From: an uncultured bacterium
GTDB lineage: Bacteria > Planctomycetota > UBA1135 > GCA-002686595
DNA: 64,000 nucleotides
Direction of reading: 5' to 3'
Assembly (NCBI GenBank): GCA_943787795.1
Contig: CALSNU010000002.1
Span: forward strand, 128,001-192,000
Positions 57,873 to 64,000 of this stretch are shown here, in pieces. Position 1 is the first letter of the stretch. The number at the start of each line of letters is the position of its first letter. A program made the translations under genes and the position numbers. The notes beneath the pieces are model-generated. The model was not told the DNA's origin and searched no databases. It was given only the letters and a program-made list of their open reading frames with translations.

Positions 57873-60305
57873 TCAGAGCGTCCGCCGCGCGCGTACGCGG
57901 CCGCTACGATCTCGAAGAAGAATGGTCTCGCCGATGGCGAGGTTGCCGTCGAAGGGTCCCACGACGAAGTGCCCCTCACCGCCCGTTGGCGCCACGGCGC
58001 GGCTGCGGAAGTCACCCGGGCTCGCGCTGATGAAGACGCGGCCCCCCGCCTCCACCACCGTGCCCGGGGGCAGCGTCATCTCCACGCCACCCTCCACGCG
58101 ATAGCCCGAGAGGTCCGTCGACCAAGGGGCGTCGTTGGTGATCTCGATGAACTCCTCGTCGTTGTTCCCCGACACCGGTGAGGCATCGAAGGCCGTGATC
58201 CGAAGGCGCGTCCGGCCTGACTCGGGCCCAGGAACAAGGCCCCCGTTGGCCTCGAGCTGCGACCCGTAGAGGTGAAGCCGTCGGTTGGCCACGTAGTCGG
58301 TGAGCAGCCGATCCTTGGCCTGCTGGAAGTTCCTGGGTGTTCCCCAGGTGGGCACCCCCCAGCGGGCCTCATCCAAGGCGACGTCCGCGGCCATCAGCGC
58401 GTAGGCCTCGTTGACCAGATCCTCGAGGTAGCGATCGGCGGCGGGGGTCCCCGGCTCCTGCAGGAGGTCGTCGCAGACCGTCCGCAGCCGGCGAACGTAC
58501 ATCTCCCGCAGGCGCGGGCTCTGGTAGATCCGATTGATCAACCGGTTCCAGAAGTTGTCCGAGGTGCGGTGCGCGCTGTCCCCGAACAACACGTGGCTGT
58601 ACTGAGGGTGGTTGTACGTGATCCGGTCGTTCAGGACCCCGCCCGACGGGTTGTAGTTACGGCCCCAGGTCAGGTCCTTGTCCCAAGGGATGAACTGCCA
58701 CTCGCCGTCCCCGTCCGAGTCCCTGTACAGGAAGTGATTCTTGTGGAGGTGATCGTTCTCGTGGATCAACCAGCACCCGACCAGGTAGCTGATCACCCGC
58801 GGCACATCGAGCACGTCAAAGAGGTAGTCCTCGATCCCCGCACCCCCCTGAACCACCGTCGAGACAAACGCCGTGAGGTCCGCGTTGTTCTCGTTGGTGC
58901 GGGTCACCTTCTCGACGCTGGAGGTCCCGCTGGTGAACGGGTTGTACATCTTGTACAGAGCCCCGTCCGGGTCCTCTCCCACACGCTCCAGGAAGAACCG
59001 GTCCAGCTCCTCCACGAAGGTCTGGACGGAGAAGAACTCGCCGTTCTGCTGGAGGCGCACCGGGAACGACTTCGAGACCAGCGCGCCCACCTCCTCGTAC
59101 ATGCCGTAGCCCAGGTATTGCCGCAGGTGAGCCTTGTCGGCCCAGTGAGTGTTGAGGTTGGCCTCGTCGATCGGCGCATCGAAGATGGCCAGCTCCGGGC
59201 GGTCGTCCGGGTTGAAGTCAAACTTGTAGCTCTTGCGCGGATACCCCGCCGAGCTCTGCCCGCGCCGGTTCACCTTGACGTTGTCGTAGAACTCGCCCTC
59301 GATCCAGACGGAGCAACGCGTCCCGTTGCCCGTGTTGGCGGCCCCGGGGTTCTGCACAAACCACTCCCAGACGTCCAGCGGGCTCGCCGCATGGCTGGGG
59401 TCCGCGACGACCGTCCCGAACCACTCGGGCGAGCCAAGCGGCTCGAGGAAGAGCGGTAGCGCGGTCGAGCTGATCCCGTCCGCCACCGTGACGCGGTAGC
59501 GGACCATGTCCCCGGGCCCACTCACGCCGGCGGGGATCACGCCCGTGTACACACCGTCGCCAGCCACGAGGTCGGGGGCCACGCCGCCATCGGTCATCGG
59601 CGCTGTCTGGACCCCGCCGTACATGACGCGGTAGTCCAGGTCCACGATGGGCGCCGAGGAGGTCGTCGTCGGCGCATGCACCGACACGACGAGGTCCTCT
59701 TGGTCAGTGGGTTGCTGGGGCGTGTGGGTGACACCCCAGACCGGCGGCGCGCCGACCGAGTTGGCGCCGCCCGGAGTCGGTGCGGTGAAGAGTCGCTCCA
59801 CGGCGAGCGGGCCGGGGTTGAAGGACAGCCCGTAGGAGACGTCCTCCTCCTGGGGTGGGTACTCCGGGGCGTACTCCGTGACGATCGAGCCTGTCGAGTT
59901 CACCAGGGCGAGGTACTCCCCGCCGCCAGAGAGCTTGAAGTTGGTATGCAGGGGGCCGGCAGGGTCCCGGCGATCCTTGTCCGAGGCGAAGACCACGAGG
60001 TACCCCCCGTCCGGGAGCACGGTCCCGGGCCCAAAGACCCAGAGGGCGAGATCGCCTGAGTCGTCGGTCAGCGCCCAGCCAGACAGGTCCACCGCACCGG
60101 CCCCGGGGACGTTGTGGATCTCGATCCAGTCCGGCCGGTCACCATCCTCGTCCTCGAGCCCGCCGTCGTTGCGGGCGAGAAACTCGGTGAGGGCAGGGCC
60201 CGCTCCGAGCGCGGCGCCAGACGATTGGCTGAAGGCCAGAGCCTGGTCGGAGAAGAACGAGACGGTCAGGAGGCCGACGGCGAGGAGCGTTTGGATGAGG
60301 CGCAT
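57873..60305 (-). CDS. Secreted CotH-kinase-family protein with lamin-tail domains
   Basis: EFLARN..DEDGD..DWIEIHN, HTNFKLSGGGE; RRGQSS, KSYKF, DHLHKN, PWDKDLTWG; C-terminal EFIEITN..DLSGY. Confidence 0.9.
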   Translation of the reverse strand: MRLIQTLLAVGLLTVSFFSDQALAFSQSSGAALGAGPALTEFLARNDGGLEDEDGDRPDWIEIHNVPGAGAVDLSGWALTDDSGDLALWVFGPGTVLPDGGYLVVFASDKDRRDPAGPLHTNFKLSGGGEYLALVNSTGSIVTEYAPEYPPQEEDVSYGLSFNPGPLAVERLFTAPTPGGANSVGAPPVWGVTHTPQQPTDQEDLVVSVHAPTTTSSAPIVDLDYRVMYGGVQTAPMTDGGVAPDLVAGDGVYTGVIPAGVSGPGDMVRYRVTVADGISSTALPLFLEPLGSPEWFGTVVADPSHAASPLDVWEWFVQNPGAANTGNGTRCSVWIEGEFYDNVKVNRRGQSSAGYPRKSYKFDFNPDDRPELAIFDAPIDEANLNTHWADKAHLRQYLGYGMYEEVGALVSKSFPVRLQQNGEFFSVQTFVEELDRFFLERVGEDPDGALYKMYNPFTSGTSSVEKVTRTNENNADLTAFVSTVVQGGAGIEDYLFDVLDVPRVISYLVGCWLIHENDHLHKNHFLYRDSDGDGEWQFIPWDKDLTWGRNYNPSGGVLNDRITYNHPQYSHVLFGDSAHRTSDNFWNRLINRIYQSPRLREMYVRRLRTVCDDLLQEPGTPAADRYLEDLVNEAYALMAADVALDEARWGVPTWGTPRNFQQAKDRLLTDYVANRRLHLYGSQLEANGGLVPGPESGRTRLRITAFDASPVSGNNDEEFIEITNDAPWSTDLSGYRVEGGVEMTLPPGTVVEAGGRVFISASPGDFRSRAVAPTGGEGHFVVGPFDGNLAIGETILLRDRSGRVRARRTL

Positions 60306-60453
60306 GGTGGTTGATCCAGGGATGTCTCGATCATGGCACGGCCAGGTCGAGAGCGCCGCGCTGAAGGCCACTTCCGAGCGAGAATGAGAGGTCCCGTGCT
60401 ACCTTGGGAACAAGCCGAGCGGACGTCTTCGATCCCCCCCCGCCGCTGATCCC

Positions 60454-61533
60454 ATGCGCGCCTCCACCAACATCATCCTGTGGGCCTGCGGCCTCTTTGT
60501 CGCACCCTCGGCCACCGCACAAGTCGGGCTCAACCTCGACTTTGGACCGTCCGACGTGCACGGCACCCCGGGCCCAAGCGAGGGCGCCGCGGCCCAGGTC
60601 GGTGGCGCGTGGAACGGCGTCGACACGGACGCCCTCTCCGGCGGCACGTTCCCGGTCACGATCGCAGGGCTCGTGGACACGAGCGGCGTACCGACCCCTG
60701 TCACCCTGGTCATCAACGACCTCGGCACCGGGCTCCAGAGCTTCCTCTACGACGACCCCGCCACCGTCGGAGGCGACGACGCGCTCCTCGACGACCTCGC
60801 CTTCTTCGGGGGCGCGGCCACCCTCGAGATCCGGGGGCTCGCCGCGGGCCAGTACGACATCTTCACCTACGCCGCCGTCCCGAGCGGCGCCGACCACCGG
60901 ACCCGCGTCCGGATCCCGAGCTCGTCCGACCCTATTCAGACGGTGGGCGGCGACTTCTCTGGCGGGTACCAGGCTGGGGTGACTCACGCCCGGCACGCGG
61001 TCAACGTCGCGCCTGGCAGCGCCGTCACCCTCCAGCTCAACGTCGCGGCAGAGTTCATGTCACTCAACGGGATCCAGGTGGTTCCGTTCGGTGCCACGGG
61101 CGACCTCGGCGCCCGCTACTGCACACCGGGGGCGACCAACTCCACGGGCTTCCCCGGCGAGGTCTCTGCCTTCGGGAGCCCCCGCCGCGTCGACAACGAC
61201 GTCGCGCTCACCGCGAGTTCGCTCCCGACCAACACCTTCGGCTTCTTTCTGACCAGCCAGGATCAGGGCTTCACCGCCACCCCTGGCGGGAGCCTGGGCA
61301 ACCTGTGCCTGGGAGGCGCCATCGGGCGCTACGTCGGAGCGGGTCAGATCCTCAACTCCGGCACCAACGGATCCTTCACCCTCCCCCTCGATCTCGCGGC
61401 CACGCCGACACCCACCGGGCTCGTGTCCATCACCGCGGGCGAGGCCTGGAACTTCCAGGCCTGGTATCGGGACTCGCTCCTCGGCATCCCGCTCTCCAAC
61501 CTGACGGACGCGCTGGTCCTCACTCTGCTCTGA
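60454..61533 (+). CDS. Secreted protein with shared C-terminal module
   Basis: Signal ...APSATA; LNLDFG; RYC..NSTG...GNLCLGGAIGRY...FQAWYRD...SNLTDA. Confidence 0.9.
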   Translation: MRASTNIILWACGLFVAPSATAQVGLNLDFGPSDVHGTPGPSEGAAAQVGGAWNGVDTDALSGGTFPVTIAGLVDTSGVPTPVTLVINDLGTGLQSFLYDDPATVGGDDALLDDLAFFGGAATLEIRGLAAGQYDIFTYAAVPSGADHRTRVRIPSSSDPIQTVGGDFSGGYQAGVTHARHAVNVAPGSAVTLQLNVAAEFMSLNGIQVVPFGATGDLGARYCTPGATNSTGFPGEVSAFGSPRRVDNDVALTASSLPTNTFGFFLTSQDQGFTATPGGSLGNLCLGGAIGRYVGAGQILNSGTNGSFTLPLDLAATPTPTGLVSITAGEAWNFQAWYRDSLLGIPLSNLTDALVLTLL

Positions 61534-61542
61534 CCCCTCCCC

Positions 61543-61675
61543 CTGAGGACAGATCGACACTGAGGACAGATCGACCCTGGGGCCAGATCGATCCTGCGGC
61601 CAGATCGATCCTGCGGCCAGATCGATCCTGAGACGAGGTCAACCCTGAGAGGTCAACCCTGAGGCGAGGCCGACC
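61543..61675. repeat. 17-bp drifting tandem repeat (~8 units) between convergent genes
   Basis: ctgaggacagatcgac x2, ctg(g/c)ggccagatcgatc x3, ctgagacgaggtcaacc, ctgagaggtcaacc, ctgaggcgaggccgacc. Confidence 0.9.
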
Positions 61676-61693
61676 CCGGACGAGCAGCTGGCT

Positions 61694-62779
61694 CTAGCGC
61701 GAGGCCGACTCGAGCGGGAGCTCGGCCGCCCGGGGAACCGTCAGGATCCCCTGGGTCGCCAGGGCGCAGCGGATCACGACCGCGTCGTTCTCCGCCTGCT
61801 GCAGCTCGACCAGCTCGGTCTGCAGGCCCACGTTGGCAAGCTCGATGTACCCCTGCAGGAGGCGGCCCGCCCCCGCGGTGGTGGGCTGGACCGCGACGGG
61901 ATCCCCCGAAAGGGTCGTGGCGGCGTAGCCGTTGCTCTCGCCCTTCAGGTCCGAGGGGTTGCGGAAGACGTGCAGGCGGATCAGGCCGATCTGGTTCTGG
62001 ATGTTCCCCTCATCGAGGGAGTACACCTCACCGTCGGCGGAGATCGAGATGCCCTGGCTGTCCGGGGGGATCTGGACCTGGTCGCTGAGCAGGTAGCCCT
62101 CGGCGGTCACGAGGCGACCGTTGGCGTCCTGCCGGAACGTGCCGTTCCGGGTGTAGCGCTGCTCGCCGCTGGGGAGCTCGATCTCGAAGAAGCCAGCCCC
62201 CTCAACCCCGAGGTCGAGGGAGTTCCCCGTTAGCTTGAGGGCGCCCTGGGTCACGTCCAGCTGCACACCAGCGGACCGCGGGTGACGGACGTCGTTCATG
62301 GTGTCCGCGCTGGAGATCGGCAGCGGCCTGCGCCGCTTGTAGCCAGGGACCCCGAGGTTCGCGATGTTCTCGCAGTGCAGAGCGCACTGCTCATCGAGCG
62401 CAGCCAGCGCTCCCTTGAGTGACTCGACGCCAGCGCCCACCTCGACCCCATGGCTGGCCTCCACCGGCTGTGCGGTGGCCCCCGCCAGCGTGGCCAGGCG
62501 AAGCTGTTCCACCGTGCGGCTCAGCCCCTCGATTCGAGCGGCCAGCTGGATACCCCCGGCCGAGTCGACCTGCGAGGCCAGGCTCGAGCGCTCCAGGAGC
62601 GCCGCCCTGGCCTCTGCCTCCACAAGACGCATCTCGAGCTCCTGGATCTGCTGCTGCAGCTCGGCCCTCGAGGGTTCGCCCGTGTCCACCGGGTGCGCGG
62701 TCGTCGAGGGGCTGCTGGACCTCCCCTGGCAAGAGGCCAGCAGGAGAACGGCGGTGAGGGCAGTGGCACGCTGGATCAT
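61694..62779 (-). CDS. FlgG/FlgF-like rod-domain protein with N-terminal lipoprotein signal and coiled coil
   Basis: LLLASC; ENIAN..PGYKR; QGAL.LTGNSLDLGVEGAGFF, YTRNGTF, GRLVTAEGY, QGYIELANV. Confidence 0.85.
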   Translation of the reverse strand: MIQRATALTAVLLLASCQGRSSSPSTTAHPVDTGEPSRAELQQQIQELEMRLVEAEARAALLERSSLASQVDSAGGIQLAARIEGLSRTVEQLRLATLAGATAQPVEASHGVEVGAGVESLKGALAALDEQCALHCENIANLGVPGYKRRRPLPISSADTMNDVRHPRSAGVQLDVTQGALKLTGNSLDLGVEGAGFFEIELPSGEQRYTRNGTFRQDANGRLVTAEGYLLSDQVQIPPDSQGISISADGEVYSLDEGNIQNQIGLIRLHVFRNPSDLKGESNGYAATTLSGDPVAVQPTTAGAGRLLQGYIELANVGLQTELVELQQAENDAVVIRCALATQGILTVPRAAELPLESASR

Positions 62780-62995
62780 GGTGAGTTCCTGGCTGGGGCG
62801 GGCGGCGTTGGCCGGGCGTGCCTGGATCATCGGCCGGGTCCCTCCATTCCTTGACGCCTGCCCGCGGCTCGATGGGGTTCAACCGAGGCCCGGTGCCCCA
62901 GGCCCCTGGGCCGGGACGACCCAGGGCGAGGCTCGCCCCGACGGGGCTGGATGGAATCCCCTGCGGGTCCACATTCCGGACATAGACTGGAACCC

Positions 62996-64000
62996 ATGAG
63001 CGCCCCCCTCGCCTTCATGGTCCTCGCCCTCACCGCATGGCCCTCCGGCTCCGCCGGACCTGAAGACCGAGTCGAGGACAAGGCGCCCGTGGACTTCGCG
63101 CGTGAGGTGCGGCCGATCCTCTCGGACAAGTGCTTCCAGTGCCACGGCCCCGACCCCGAGACGCGCGAGGCGGGCCTGCGCGTGGACTCCCTCGAGGGGA
63201 TCACCGCGGAGCTCAGCACCGGCGGGCACGCCGTCGTCGCGGGGGACGTCGAGGACAGCGAACTGCTCTACCGGATCGCCCCGGAATTCGAGGACGACCT
63301 GATGCCGCCCGAACGCTCGGGCAAGTCCCTCTCGGAGTCCGAACGCTCGGTGCTGCGGCGCTGGATCGAGGAGGGCGCGCCCTGGGATGAGCACTGGTCC
63401 TTCCAGCGCCCGGTCAAGCCGACGGTCGCGCAGGGTGGAGAAGACGGCGACGCCATCGACGCGCTGCTCGACGGGCCCATGGCCGCCGCCGGGCTCGCGT
63501 TCCAGCCCGAGGCCGACGCCGCGACGCTCCAGCGTCGGGTGAGCCTGGATCTCACCGGCCTCCCCCCGGCCCCGGAGGAGTCGGCCGCGTTCCACGCCGA
63601 CGTGGCGCTCCGCGGGCTCGACGCCGCCTACCGCGCCGAGGTGAAGCGGCTGATGGCCTCCGAGCGCTACGGGGTGCACATGGCGCGGACCTGGCTCGAC
63701 GCCGCCCGCTACGCCGACACCCACGGCCTCCACCTGGACAACCGGCGGTCCATGTGGCCGTACCGGGACTGGGTCGTGCGGGCGCTGAACGACAACAAGC
63801 CCTTCGACGAGTTTGTCATCGAGCAGCTCGCCGGCGACCTGCTGCCGAACGCGACCCTGGACCAGCAGGTCGCCTCGGGCTTCAACCGGTGCAACCCCAC
63901 CAGCGCCGAGGGCGGGATGATCGCGCAGGAGTACCTGTCGATCTACGCCAAGGACCGCGCCGACACCACGGCCAAGGTCTTCCTGGGTCTGACGCTCGAG
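62996..64000 (+). CDS. Planctomycete cytochrome c / DUF1549 (PSD1-associated) protein, 3' truncated by window end
   Basis: VDFAREVRPILSDKCFQCHGPD, LMPP, HWSF, RRVSLDLTGLPP, WLDAARYADTHG, YRDWV. Confidence 0.93.
   Translation, partial: MSAPLAFMVLALTAWPSGSAGPEDRVEDKAPVDFAREVRPILSDKCFQCHGPDPETREAGLRVDSLEGITAELSTGGHAVVAGDVEDSELLYRIAPEFEDDLMPPERSGKSLSESERSVLRRWIEEGAPWDEHWSFQRPVKPTVAQGGEDGDAIDALLDGPMAAAGLAFQPEADAATLQRRVSLDLTGLPPAPEESAAFHADVALRGLDAAYRAEVKRLMASERYGVHMARTWLDAARYADTHGLHLDNRRSMWPYRDWVVRALNDNKPFDEFVIEQLAGDLLPNATLDQQVASGFNRCNPTSAEGGMIAQEYLSIYAKDRADTTAKVFLGLTLE

Noticed and set aside
61543..61675. Possible CRISPR array
   Set aside because: Units are 17 bp and contiguous, with no unique spacers and no cas genes.
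1..64000. Mobile elements, prophage, defence systems, tRNA/rRNA
   Set aside because: No transposase, integrase, phage, nuclease or structural RNA signatures were recognised.

Overview
High-GC (roughly 70%) bacterial chromosomal window. It is almost certainly from a planctomycete: it carries a DUF1549/planctomycete cytochrome-c gene, an ECF sigma next to a Ser/Thr kinase, and SASA esterases. The expanded secreted-protein tail suggests an OM190/'Saltatorellus'-like lineage, but that is inference. About 50 CDSs mix housekeeping genes (recN, clpB, pdxJ, truA, apaG, rsmD-like, an rRNA pseudouridine synthase, an M16 peptidase pair, transporters) with lineage-specific exported proteins. I could not support any rRNA, tRNA, CRISPR array, transposase or integrase. 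The most notable observations are: (1) four scattered secreted proteins with unrelated N-termini sharing a ~140-aa C-terminal module, a candidate surface-sorting or anchoring system; (2) an orphan FlgG-like rod protein with a lipoprotein signal and coiled coil; (3) a Wzm-type ABC permease with an inserted Calx-beta-like domain; (4) three apparent pseudoenzymes (DapA-like, DUF885 and a second SASA domain); (5) a sigma54-type promoter with a triple 13-bp box upstream of clpB; (6) a PLP decarboxylase with the CSAD specificity motif; (7) a stand-alone minor-pilin cassette; and (8) recurrent drifting 11-17 bp tandem repeats, two of which are in register with a stop codon. All family calls come from motif recognition by eye, with no database searches.
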